Assembly: GCA_046759945.1 (NCBI GenBank)
Contig: JBHIDF010000001.1
Span: 1 to 33,494 of the forward strand
Direction: 5' to 3'
DNA: 33,494 bases
DNA from: Nitrosopumilaceae archaeon
GTDB lineage: Archaea > Thermoproteota > Nitrososphaeria > Nitrososphaerales > Nitrosopumilaceae
Shown here one piece after another: positions 16,821-24,983 of this stretch. The notes below the pieces were generated by a model. The model ran no database searches. It was given only the letters and a program-made list of their open reading frames with translations, and was not told where the DNA came from. The translations under genes were made by a program, and so were the position numbers. Every line of letters begins with the position of its first letter. The first letter of the stretch is position 1.

Positions 16821-17798
16821 ATGACTTCTTTTCCAAATAGACGTCTTAGAAGATTGCGAAAAAATGAGAAAATCCGTGATCTTGTGCAAGAAGTCAGGCT
16901 TTCTACTAATGATTTGATTTGTCCTATGTTTGTTCAGGAAGATTTGAAATCTAACGCGCGTTCAGACTCGATGCCAGACGTTGAAAGACTCGCACCAACA
17001 AGCGTTATAGATGAAGCAAACTCGATAGCAGATTTGAATATCCCCGCAATAATGTTGTTTGGCGTCCCAGCCAAGAAAGATGAGGGGGGGACGTCTGCTT
17101 ATGCAGAAAACGGTGTGGTTCAAAAAGCAATCTCAGACATACGGAAGAATTTGAGCAAAAATATTGTAATAATGGCTGACGTTTGTCTTTGTCAGTATAC
17201 TTCCGTAGGCCACTGTGGGCTTGTAAAAGACAACAAGATAGATAATGATTCCAGTATAGAAACACTGGCAAAGATTGCTGTGAGCCAATCTAGAGCAGGT
17301 GCTGACTTTGTATCACCATCTGCAATGATGGACGGCCAAGTGAGGGCTATAAGAGAAGCGCTCGATGATGCAGGTTTTTCGGATGTTGGAATAATGTCAC
17401 ACTCTGCAAAACATCGTTCCTCGTTGTATTCTCCATTCAGGGACATGGCGCATTGTGCACCCCAGTTTGGTGACAGAAAATCTTACCAGCTACCTTACAC
17501 AAATCCAAATGAGGCTATGAGAGAAGTTGCAGATGATATCAACGAGGGCGTCGATATTGTAATGATAAAACCTGCATTGGCTTATCTTGACATAATTGCG
17601 GAAGTAAAAAGAAAATTCAACATTCCACTGTCTGCTTACAGTGTTTCGGGTGAGTACGCATTAGTAAAAGGAGCTGCAAAGCTAGGATGGGTTGATGAGA
17701 ACGAAGTCATTACAGAAATTTTAACTGGAATCAAGAGAGCGGGAGCAGACATGATAGTTACGTACTTTTCAAAGGCTATCGCGTCATATCTAAAATGA
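16821..17798 (+). CDS. hemB: Porphobilinogen synthase (delta-aminolevulinate dehydratase), Zn-type
   Basis: Contains FPNRRLRRLR and the Cys-rich Zn site DVCLCQYTSVGHCG. I prefer the ATG at 16821, because a TATA-like gagattatattgc is centred about 28 nt upstream. The track uses the TTG at 16815. Confidence 0.92.
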   Translation: MTSFPNRRLRRLRKNEKIRDLVQEVRLSTNDLICPMFVQEDLKSNARSDSMPDVERLAPTSVIDEANSIADLNIPAIMLFGVPAKKDEGGTSAYAENGVVQKAISDIRKNLSKNIVIMADVCLCQYTSVGHCGLVKDNKIDNDSSIETLAKIAVSQSRAGADFVSPSAMMDGQVRAIREALDDAGFSDVGIMSHSAKHRSSLYSPFRDMAHCAPQFGDRKSYQLPYTNPNEAMREVADDINEGVDIVMIKPALAYLDIIAEVKRKFNIPLSAYSVSGEYALVKGAAKLGWVDENEVITEILTGIKRAGADMIVTYFSKAIASYLK

Positions 17799-17811
17799 AA
17801 TGGGATAAAGA

Positions 17812-18123
17812 ATGAGAGAAGATCAACGTTTTGAAATAGAGCGAGCCTTTGATCTGCTTCCCCACGTGGCAGGAGCAAGCTGGGCAATGATATGGTTTCG
17901 CTTAAATAAAATCGAAAAACCTTCCAGAGAAGAATACCGAAACAAGGTAGTCGAGTATTTTAACCTGCTTGAACCTCTTTTTGAATCGTTCCCCCGAACT
18001 AGTGATTTCAATGAAATGATCGCTTTTATCAAAAGTAGAAAAAAAAGCGAAGTTGAAAAAATTATTTCTGGCAAGAACCCGGAGATCGAAAGAAGATACC
18101 AGAGATACATAGATTACGGCTAA
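17812..18123 (+). CDS. Hypothetical small protein (103 aa)
   Basis: Starts 13 nt after hemB on the same strand, with balanced, charged, helical-looking composition. The mirror ORF on the minus strand is L/S/F-rich and looks like an antisense artefact. Confidence 0.5.
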   Translation: MREDQRFEIERAFDLLPHVAGASWAMIWFRLNKIEKPSREEYRNKVVEYFNLLEPLFESFPRTSDFNEMIAFIKSRKKSEVEKIISGKNPEIERRYQRYIDYG

Positions 18124-18743
18124 ATCTCTCTTCTCAGCTCATGTAGAAAATTTTTAATTATTTTGGTCCTTCGTCTTGCCTCAACCTTTGCAGTGTTAGT
18201 GTTCATCCTTCTTTCTAAAACGAGGAGTTTCTTATAGAAATGATCGAGTGTCCATTTTTTGTCATCAAGCTTTCTGAATAAGCCGAATGGCTCAGTTTCG
18301 TTATAAAGTGGTCTCTTTTCAGCACCTCCAGTTGCAAAGGCTCTCGCAATACCAATTGCACCTATTGCATCAAGCCTATCCGCGTCCTGTAGGATCTTAC
18401 CCTCCAAAGTTTTTGGAATTTTGTTTTTGGAATAACTATGATCTCTTATTGCATCTAAAATTATCTTAATATCTTTTTGAGGGAAGTAAAATTTTTCAAG
18501 AATTTTTTTTGCTTCCAAAGCACTTTTTGTGGAAGAACTCTTAGTTAGGCTTTCTGACTTCGGAAAAGATACGATGTCATGTAACAGAACCGCTGTTAGT
18601 AGAGTCTTCATGTTTGCTTTTTCTTTTCTACCTATCTTTACTGCATTTTTGTAAACACGCATTATGTGCTCAAAATCATGAGCTATGTCATTTTTTTCTA
18701 TCCTCCTTCTTACTTCTTTTTTTAGTCTTTCCAGCTCCTGCAA
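18120..18743 (-). CDS. HD-domain metal-dependent phosphohydrolase
   Basis: 207 aa. Contains HDFEHIMRV, LLHDIV and DADRLDAIGAIGIARAF. Confidence 0.8.
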   Translation of the reverse strand: MQELERLKKEVRRRIEKNDIAHDFEHIMRVYKNAVKIGRKEKANMKTLLTAVLLHDIVSFPKSESLTKSSSTKSALEAKKILEKFYFPQKDIKIILDAIRDHSYSKNKIPKTLEGKILQDADRLDAIGAIGIARAFATGGAEKRPLYNETEPFGLFRKLDDKKWTLDHFYKKLLVLERRMNTNTAKVEARRRTKIIKNFLHELRREI

Positions 18744-18744
18744 T

Positions 18745-19362
18745 TCAAAGTCTCCAAAGCTTTGGTTTCACAAAAGTTAGTTTCTTTTCAGTCAGCAACA
18801 CCTTCCAGTTTATAGATGCGAAGAATACAACGAACGCAAGACCTCCAAAATCTGCAACTAGTATTCCAACGAGTCTATTTTGAAACAATTCCAAAAATGG
18901 GACTAACGCTACCTGACTTACTGATATCATTACATAATACGAAATTACACGTCCCGTCCAGAATCCTGCGAAAAGACCTATACTTTTGGCCCTCATTATT
19001 CCGTAGGCGATAAAAAGCATGTTACTTGGAAGAGGTGAAGCTGCAAAAAGAAAAGAGGCGATAAAAAATCCATACCTTCTTTTTAGAAAGGCAGCCACAG
19101 TATCAAGGCTTGATTTCCTTTCATCACCCAAAAATTTACGAAGGGACCGAGTCAAATACATCAAAAAAGATCTTCCAATCAATGATCCTGTTGCTCCTAC
19201 AAAAGAAAGAATCAGTGGGTTCAACGATGAATCAGCTGCGTAAAGGGTCGACAAGACAATCCAGGTTGGCGGCATGAGAATGGGTGCAGTATTCATTCCA
19301 ATAAGTAAGAGAAAAATACCAAAGTAGGAAAGTTCCCCGAATACATCGAATATTTCTACCAT
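18745..19362 (-). CDS. Integral membrane protein, DedA/VTT-like
   Basis: 205 aa with several predicted TM helices and an FxxRxxP-like loop (RSFLMYLTRSLRKFLG). The family call is tentative. Its stop lies 1 nt from the HD-gene start. Confidence 0.5.
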   Translation of the reverse strand: MVEIFDVFGELSYFGIFLLLIGMNTAPILMPPTWIVLSTLYAADSSLNPLILSFVGATGSLIGRSFLMYLTRSLRKFLGDERKSSLDTVAAFLKRRYGFFIASFLFAASPLPSNMLFIAYGIMRAKSIGLFAGFWTGRVISYYVMISVSQVALVPFLELFQNRLVGILVADFGGLAFVVFFASINWKVLLTEKKLTFVKPKLWRL

Positions 19363-19545
19363 CGGCTAGTTAGTAGCCAAAATTTACGAATCTAAACCCT
19401 TGCTTGTAGGGTCTCCTAGAATAAAATGTCTAAAACTTAATTGGATTGTCAAAAAATAATTGTTTACAATTTAATGATCAGGTTATCAAAAAAAAGAACA
19501 AAAGGTACAATATCTTTAAATGAAATTGAGAGTGTTATATAATTA

Positions 19546-19668
19546 ATGGTTAAGAAGGCATGGAAATGTTATAGATGCGATTTAACTTTTACAGACGAAT
19601 CTCATGCCATGCTTCACGAGGAATTATCAAAACATAAAGTAAATTCTGTAAAGTTACTTAAAGCCTAG
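19546..19668 (+). CDS. 40-aa classical C2H2 zinc-finger microprotein (below the track cutoff)
   Basis: Own translation: MVKKAWKCYRCDLTFTDESHAMLHEELSKHKVNSVKLLKA*. This gives C8-x2-C11-x12-H24-x5-H30, with Phe at C+4. A TATA-like ctttaaatg is centred 28 nt upstream of the ATG. Confidence 0.55.
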   Translation: MVKKAWKCYRCDLTFTDESHAMLHEELSKHKVNSVKLLKA

Positions 19669-19731
19669 ATAATTCATTAGTACATATTTTAACAAAATTA
19701 AGGTGGATTGCCTCTTACGTGACGTTCTATG

Positions 19732-19832
19732 TGCAGGAGGAGGGATTTGAACCCTCGAACCCCTAAGGGAAAGGATTTCCTATATCAGGAATCTTGAGTC
19801 CTCCTCGTTTGACCGGGCTTCGGTACCCCTGC
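19732..19832 (-). tRNA. tRNA-Leu (anticodon CAA) with a 16-nt intron at 37/38 (19777-19792); no encoded CCA
   Basis: Hand fold of the minus strand. Acceptor GCAGGGG/CTCCTGC. Anticodon stem GAGGA/TCCTT forms only after removing ATTCCTGATATAGGAA. Loop CT-CAA-G[intron]A. Long variable arm TCCCTTAGGGGTTC. T arm GAGGG-TTCAAAT-CCCTC. Discriminator A. Confidence 0.88.
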
Positions 19833-19851
19833 AAGGTGGACTTTAAAATCT

Positions 19852-19863
19852 GATTATATAACT
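19852..19863 (-). promoter_or_regulatory. BRE/TATA-like box for tRNA-Leu (AGTTATATAATC on the minus strand)
   Basis: Ends 19 nt upstream of the tRNA 5' end at 19832. Same core as the tRNA-Tyr and aIF5A boxes. Confidence 0.5.
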
Positions 19864-19995
19864 GAAACTTGAAAAAAATCAAGAATGTTTTTCTTTTGTA
19901 AAACGGTCAAACGAGTCAAATCTTCAGATTCAGTGTACGATTGTCTCAAATGTTTATTTAAAAAGACTTATAATTTAGTCACAGAAAAATCGCTC

Positions 19996-20292
19996 ATGGT
20001 CTCAGTAAACGAAGTATCTAAGATGAGAAGACAGATAGACGTAGAGGGTACAATACAGAGTATCAGTGAACCAAGAACTGTGAACTTAAAATTCGGAGGA
20101 ACAGCTCAAGTTGCAGATGCGGTCCTAACAGATGATTCTGGAGAAGTAAAGCTTACGCTTTGGGGTGATGACATAAACAAGGTTAAACAGGGTTCGAAGG
20201 TCCAAATAAAGAATGGGTATACGAAAGAATTCAGGGGAGAAATTTCCCTAAACGTGGGAAAATACGGAACGTTATCCGTTATAGAATCCTAA
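19996..20292 (+). CDS. Small OB-fold nucleic-acid-binding protein (SSB/RPA-like single OB domain)
   Basis: 98 aa from the ATG at 19996. IDVEGTIQSISEPRTVNLKFGGTAQVADAVLTDDSGEVKLTLWGDDINKVKQGSKVQIKNGY is typical of the tRNA/helicase-type OB fold. The track extension to 19885 covers AT-rich promoter-like sequence next to the tRNA-Leu promoter. Confidence 0.6.
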   Translation: MVSVNEVSKMRRQIDVEGTIQSISEPRTVNLKFGGTAQVADAVLTDDSGEVKLTLWGDDINKVKQGSKVQIKNGYTKEFRGEISLNVGKYGTLSVIES

Positions 20293-20894
20293 ATATACCT
20301 AGATTCACTTTTTCCTTTTCTCCAATCTACGACGGCTAAAATTATCCCCACCATCAATACTATTATTCCGATTATCAAGAGGATGCCAGAGATTGCTAAT
20401 GGTATCAGGGTTTTAAGAAAGGGGGAGTTGGGGTCTAACATGGCTTCTGAATTTTCTGGATCCTCAGAAAACACCATGAACACGGTGACTGGCCTTATCC
20501 CTTTGTTTTCTACAACAAAGCTGTAAGTGTCAGCCTTGGGTATTTGAAACATCTCAAAAACGAATGGTTCACGCGTTTCGAGTCCAGCTAAGTTATCCCC
20601 GAAAATATTAGAAACTGATATAGAAAGCCGATCGCCTTGCTGATAATCTAAGATGTGGAGTCCCCACATCAGCGGCACCTCAGAGGTTGAGGTAGTAAAC
20701 GAAAAAGAGTGAGAATCTCCAGTGTAGATTTGGGTTTCTTCAGAAACATAGTCAAACATACCTTCTATGGTAGAGAAGACACTTCCTGTAGCTATTGATG
20801 GCTCCATTGAGGGTAGTACTGAATATGCTATGGTAAAGGCCACTATGATCAGCACTATTCCGCCAATTGCGACGATAGGCCCTCGTCTTGACAT
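20289..20894 (-). CDS. Bitopic/two-TM membrane protein with a beta-rich exoplasmic domain, unknown function
   Basis: 201 aa. N-terminal anchor IVAIGGIVLIIVAFTIAY, a roughly 140-aa beta-rich middle, a C-terminal TM LIPLAISGILLIIGIIVLMVGIILAVV, and a short basic tail DWRKGKSESRYI. Starts 2 nt after the PAC2 stop. Confidence 0.6.
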   Translation of the reverse strand: MSRRGPIVAIGGIVLIIVAFTIAYSVLPSMEPSIATGSVFSTIEGMFDYVSEETQIYTGDSHSFSFTTSTSEVPLMWGLHILDYQQGDRLSISVSNIFGDNLAGLETREPFVFEMFQIPKADTYSFVVENKGIRPVTVFMVFSEDPENSEAMLDPNSPFLKTLIPLAISGILLIIGIIVLMVGIILAVVDWRKGKSESRYI

Positions 20895-20896
20895 AT

Positions 20897-21667
20897 CTAG
20901 CTTATGTATCCTAATTTTTTATCATCTGACTGCACAGGCATTGGTACACTCGGAGGCCGTTGTCCGCCCTGCGCTTCTATTTGTTTAACAATCTGCTCTG
21001 TGTCTCGTACTCTTTTGTTAAGCTCATTCATATCAACTTGGATTCCAATTATCCTTGTGAGTGCCTCTAGAACCAATTTGGACGCCTTTGCATCAACAAC
21101 ATAGCCCGACGTTTCGCCTAACAAACAAACTCCAGTTATACCCGCTTTTTTTCCTGCACCAATTATCAGTCCATTCATTCCAGTGATGCTGCCACTGTTC
21201 ATCGTAATTATTCCGTTTTTTGAAAAATCTTTTACAATTTGAACAGAAGTGCTTGTTCCATACATTTTGGGATTTTTAGCAAAGGAGCCAGTTATGTAAG
21301 CTGCCAGTGTATAGATGGTTTTCACACCAAGCTTTTTGCATATACCAATAATCTCTTCTGCCAAGGCATACTCGCTTTCTGGGGTGGTAGGTTGTGCGTC
21401 TCCAGTCAAAAGTACCAAGTCTTGTGAACTGGTTTTGCAGTAGTAAAGGGAATTTTTAATCAAATCTACAGTTCCATCAGATTGAATTGTTACTTGAGGT
21501 GGAAAAGACGTTGAAAACATGTCTGCAAACTGTTTTCCCTTGAGTTGTTCCACGAGATAATCAGCTGCAAGCTTTCCAACATATCCGCTGCCTGGTAGTC
21601 CACAGATAAGGTATGGTTCATTTAATTCTGGCATTGAAGAAATCTCTACTGAGATTTTTGAAGACAT
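20897..21667 (-). CDS. PAC2-family protein (proteasome assembly chaperone-like, archaeal PbaA/B type)
   Basis: 256 aa. N-terminal PYLICGLPGSGYVGKLAADYLVEQL...FPPQVTIQSDG, as in the PAC2/COG1938 family. Confidence 0.7.
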   Translation of the reverse strand: MSSKISVEISSMPELNEPYLICGLPGSGYVGKLAADYLVEQLKGKQFADMFSTSFPPQVTIQSDGTVDLIKNSLYYCKTSSQDLVLLTGDAQPTTPESEYALAEEIIGICKKLGVKTIYTLAAYITGSFAKNPKMYGTSTSVQIVKDFSKNGIITMNSGSITGMNGLIIGAGKKAGITGVCLLGETSGYVVDAKASKLVLEALTRIIGIQVDMNELNKRVRDTEQIVKQIEAQGGQRPPSVPMPVQSDDKKLGYIS

Positions 21668-21719
21668 CTGATAGAATGCAATAGATATGGAATATTAATT
21701 AAGCGTAAAATCTATGTCG

Positions 21720-22559
21720 TCATCTTCTAGTTTTTGTCTTTCTACCCTTTAATTTTCTAGATTTTCTTCTCAGTTTTCGTTTTGCTCTTCTTACTAATTT
21801 CTTTACTGGTTTGCGCTTTAGCCTTATCCTCTGCTTTCTTGCAGGTTTTTTTCTCAATCTTCTTCTGACGGTCCTTCTCTTGGTCTTTGACCTTTTCTTA
21901 ACGGCTCGTTTTATTTTGCGTTGTTTGGCTTTGAGAAGTGCAAACTTTTTAGTTATTTTGGCAAGATTTAGTGCAGCAGTTTGTTCACGTTTTCTGCTTG
22001 CTCCTAGTTGAGCTTGAAGTTTTTCTGATTTCTTTTTACTTGACTTGACTAAATCCAAAAGCACGGGTTTGTTTTGTAATCTCTTTTTTGCCCGAGTTGC
22101 AAGTCTTGATTTTAGCTTTGAATATTCTTCAATGGTTTTGGATAGTTTTTTTTCAGTAGAAAGCCTCTGCTTAATCTCCGATTTCAACTCTGAAATCCTG
22201 TCACTTATTATTTTGAGTCTTCCAAGAGCACTCTCTTTTTCTTCTGCAGAATCAGCTAACTCTATCTCCTGTTCGGCTCGGCCCTTTGCTTCCTGTTCTT
22301 GGTTCAGACGCTCTTCAGCAGCAGATTTTAACCTTCTAATACTATCTTGTTGTGCCAAACGCTGCTTTAGCAAATTGGAAACGTCACCAATATTTTCATG
22401 AAAAGACTCCAGTCCCCTTTGCAAAGAACTCAGGCTAGATGAAGAACCCCTTTTTAATGAAATAGCTTTTTTGAGGCTTCTTTCTTTTCGCCTTCTTTCA
22501 CTAGTAGCAGCAATTTTGGCCCTTCGTGACATTTCGATGAGACGTTTGACTGATGCCAT
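21720..22559 (-). CDS. Coiled-coil protein with an extremely Lys/Arg-rich C-terminal tail, unknown function
   Basis: 279 aa. The central region is heptad-like and E/K/L/S-rich. By my count, 43 of the last 68 residues are K or R (…KRKPVKKLVRRAKRKLRRKSRKLKGRKTKTRR*). Confidence 0.6.
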   Translation of the reverse strand: MASVKRLIEMSRRAKIAATSERRRKERSLKKAISLKRGSSSSLSSLQRGLESFHENIGDVSNLLKQRLAQQDSIRRLKSAAEERLNQEQEAKGRAEQEIELADSAEEKESALGRLKIISDRISELKSEIKQRLSTEKKLSKTIEEYSKLKSRLATRAKKRLQNKPVLLDLVKSSKKKSEKLQAQLGASRKREQTAALNLAKITKKFALLKAKQRKIKRAVKKRSKTKRRTVRRRLRKKPARKQRIRLKRKPVKKLVRRAKRKLRRKSRKLKGRKTKTRR

Positions 22560-22635
22560 CAGTTTTCTAAAATTTTTATGTCTATAAAAAATTTGTTCTG
22601 GAAGGTTTTATTTGTTAAAGTAAAAGAAATGCCCT

Positions 22636-22947
22636 ATGGATTTTCATCCCTCTAATATACCCATCTCCAAAACGTTTGAGGTGAACGATGAAGGAGATGC
22701 ATCAAAAACAGCATCGGAACTAGTGAAAGCAGGATTTTCAACACAAAAAAATGGCTTTAAGGTATTGATGCCTAAAGACAAGACGATTGCAAGAAGGATA
22801 GGGTTTTTGCTTGTAAATGAATTGAATTATGGTTTGAGGAAAACAAAGCAAGAGCGTGATGTGCGTTACTGGATATACCACCATGATAAATCTCATTACG
22901 CAATTGTTTTAATTAGTTCGAGGGCTTTTCAGAGTCTAGGTCTTTAG
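22636..22947 (+). CDS. Hypothetical protein (103 aa)
   Basis: ORF with ordinary composition, divergent from the basic-tail gene. A TATA-like ggttttatttg lies about 26 nt upstream. No motif recognised. Confidence 0.45.
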   Translation: MDFHPSNIPISKTFEVNDEGDASKTASELVKAGFSTQKNGFKVLMPKDKTIARRIGFLLVNELNYGLRKTKQERDVRYWIYHHDKSHYAIVLISSRAFQSLGL

Positions 22948-23595
22948 TTTTTCAAATATTAAATTTAATTTCAAAAGTTTTGAAACTGTTGTTGCAATTA
23001 GAACACCAAGAATCGTTCCAGCAATTACGTCAGTTGGAAAATGTTGCAAGACGAACATTCTGCTTACAGAGACCACAAAAGGGTAGATCCAAATGAGGTA
23101 GCACCCTCTTGGAAATTTAGTAGACAATGCAAACCCCAAGACAAAGGCAAACACTGCTACCCTCGTAGCATGTCCTGATGGAAAAGATCCAGTTGTTCCT
23201 AATACAAAAGTATCCGGTTCAAGCTCTATCGGAAACGATGTTCCCAGATAATCCAAGTCAGGCCTATCTCTATCTATTACATAGGCCTTAAGGTAGCCAG
23301 AAACTATAGTACCCACCAACACAGACAAGATCAAGACGAGACCAATTCGTCGTGTCTTTTTTATGATAAATAGTACCACTGAAAAAATGAGCATAGTAAA
23401 GATTCCTCCGATCTCCGTGAAGAACCACATGCTAAGATCTAAAAGTGTGCTACCAGCAACCGATTGAAAATAAATGCTTACGTCCTCATCAAACTGAGAA
23501 GTAAATCCTGCATGGACAAGATACGAAATTATGATAAATGTTGCAAGCAACAAAAAGAAGGGTCTAGATCTTATGTCAAAAATCCATTGTTGCAA
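22936..23595 (-). CDS. PAP2-family (type 2 phosphatidic acid / undecaprenyl-PP-like) phosphatase
   Basis: 219 aa, multi-TM, TTG start. Carries the three PAP2 motifs KAYVIDRDRP, PSGH and SRMFVLQHFPTD. Confidence 0.85.
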   Translation of the reverse strand: MQQWIFDIRSRPFFLLLATFIIISYLVHAGFTSQFDEDVSIYFQSVAGSTLLDLSMWFFTEIGGIFTMLIFSVVLFIIKKTRRIGLVLILSVLVGTIVSGYLKAYVIDRDRPDLDYLGTSFPIELEPDTFVLGTTGSFPSGHATRVAVFAFVLGFALSTKFPRGCYLIWIYPFVVSVSRMFVLQHFPTDVIAGTILGVLIATTVSKLLKLNLIFEKLKT

Positions 23596-23774
23596 TCATG
23601 CACACCCAGACAATGTCGTCTTTATTTTATGCCTCTCCTAAAGTATTTAACGTAATCAATAACTTTGGTGAACTTTTTTCTCGAATTTAACTGTCCAATT
23701 GCCCACCACTTTTCGTATCTGGATTTTGTTTGATCGGCTAAAAGATTTTAACCGCACTAAAAGAAAGAATCGGC

Positions 23775-24983
23775 GTGAACTTTCTCACGCTTGATGATTT
23801 CGATACTAAAGGAAAGACTGTTTTCCTCCGTGTTGACATGAACTGTCCGATAGATCCTCAAACAATGGAGATATCAGGAACAAGGAGAATAGAATATGCC
23901 ACCAATTCGATAAAGGTACTCAAAGGAGCGAAAGTAGTTGTGGCTTCACATCAGGGCAGGGTTGGAAACAATGACTATACAGGAATGGAAAAACATGCTA
24001 GGGTACTTGAAAAACTTCTAGGTAGAAAGATAAAGTATGTTGAAGATGTAATCGGTACTCAAGCTCAAAAGGAAATCAAGAATCTAGAAGATGGCGATAT
24101 ACTTTTGCTCGATAATCTCAGGCTTTGTGCCGAAGAAAATTACGAATTCACTCCTGCTGAGGCAGCGAAAACAATAATGGTGAAAAGACTTTCAAGGCTT
24201 TTTGATCTTTGTGTTCTAGATTCATTTCCAAGTGCCCACAGATCACATCCCTCAATAATTGGCCTTCCACATGTGTTACCTGCATGTGCGGGAAGAATAG
24301 TGGAACGAGAGGTTCGTAAACTAGATGAAATCATGACTGTAGCAAAAGCGCCTCACGTTATCGTGCTAGGCGGATCAAAGGTAGTAGATAGAATCGAAGC
24401 AATAAAGACTTTAATGAAAAACGGCAGAGCAGATCAAGTCCTTCTTACAGGTCTAATTGGAAATGTCTTCATGCGAGCTCAGGCAAGAATAAAGTATCCT
24501 CTCGGTATAAACAGAGAAGAAGAGGTAGTTGCCAGCGCTCACTCTCTTATTGGAGAGTATCCTGACGCTTTTTCAACGCCCGTGGACGTCGCAATAGACA
24601 AGGATGGTTCAAGAGTTGAAGTGGATGTTCGTGATGTTGGAAAAGGTGACCGGATACTTGATCTTGGTCCAAAAACTATTGATCATTATCTTAAGACCAT
24701 TTCCAGTGCAGGAACAGTATTCATTAGTGGTCCTCCAGGATTCTTTGAAGACGACAATTTTAGCTTTGGTACAAAAAGTTTGTTAACAGGAGTTGCAAGT
24801 TCTTTCGCAACAACGATCGTAAGTGGAGGCCACCTTACTTCCGCATTGCAAAAATATGGTCTGACGGAAAAGATAGATCATATCAGTTCAGCGGGTGGTG
24901 CGCTAGTTCTTTACTTATCCGGAAACAAGTTACCAATGATCCGTTCTTTGGAAGAGGCCGCAAAGAGATACAGATCTAAATAG
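23775..24983 (+). CDS. pgk: Phosphoglycerate kinase
   Basis: 402 aa, GTG start. N-terminal VFLRVDMNCPID, HQGR, and archaeal PGK-like layout throughout. Confidence 0.9.
   Translation: MNFLTLDDFDTKGKTVFLRVDMNCPIDPQTMEISGTRRIEYATNSIKVLKGAKVVVASHQGRVGNNDYTGMEKHARVLEKLLGRKIKYVEDVIGTQAQKEIKNLEDGDILLLDNLRLCAEENYEFTPAEAAKTIMVKRLSRLFDLCVLDSFPSAHRSHPSIIGLPHVLPACAGRIVEREVRKLDEIMTVAKAPHVIVLGGSKVVDRIEAIKTLMKNGRADQVLLTGLIGNVFMRAQARIKYPLGINREEEVVASAHSLIGEYPDAFSTPVDVAIDKDGSRVEVDVRDVGKGDRILDLGPKTIDHYLKTISSAGTVFISGPPGFFEDDNFSFGTKSLLTGVASSFATTIVSGGHLTSALQKYGLTEKIDHISSAGGALVLYLSGNKLPMIRSLEEAAKRYRSK

Noticed and set aside
17823-18110. 95-aa minus-strand ORF mirroring the 17812-18123 gene
   Set aside because: Low-complexity L/S/F/I-rich sequence. 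The plus-strand partner follows hemB in operon-like fashion. Kept only as a caveat in the corresponding finding.
19459-19470. Palindrome ATTGTTTACAAT in the DedA/zinc-finger intergenic region; likewise TAGCTTGAAGCTA at 9270-9282 and GACAATGTC at about 23609-23617
   Set aside because: Short AT-rich palindromes are expected by chance at this base composition. They show no recurrence or positional logic.
19885-19995. 37-codon N-terminal extension of the OB-fold gene used by the track
   Set aside because: The extension covers AT-rich promoter-like sequence (tttatttaaaaag, cttataat) next to the divergent tRNA-Leu promoter. It encodes an implausible FFFCK... peptide, and the OB domain begins after the internal ATG at 19996.
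21811-22401. Plus-strand ORFs (66 and 118 aa) inside the basic coiled-coil gene
   Set aside because: They are antisense to AAG/AGA-rich codons, which yields stop-free CTT/TCT-type frames. Their Leu/Phe/Ser-rich products are artefacts of the low-complexity sense gene.
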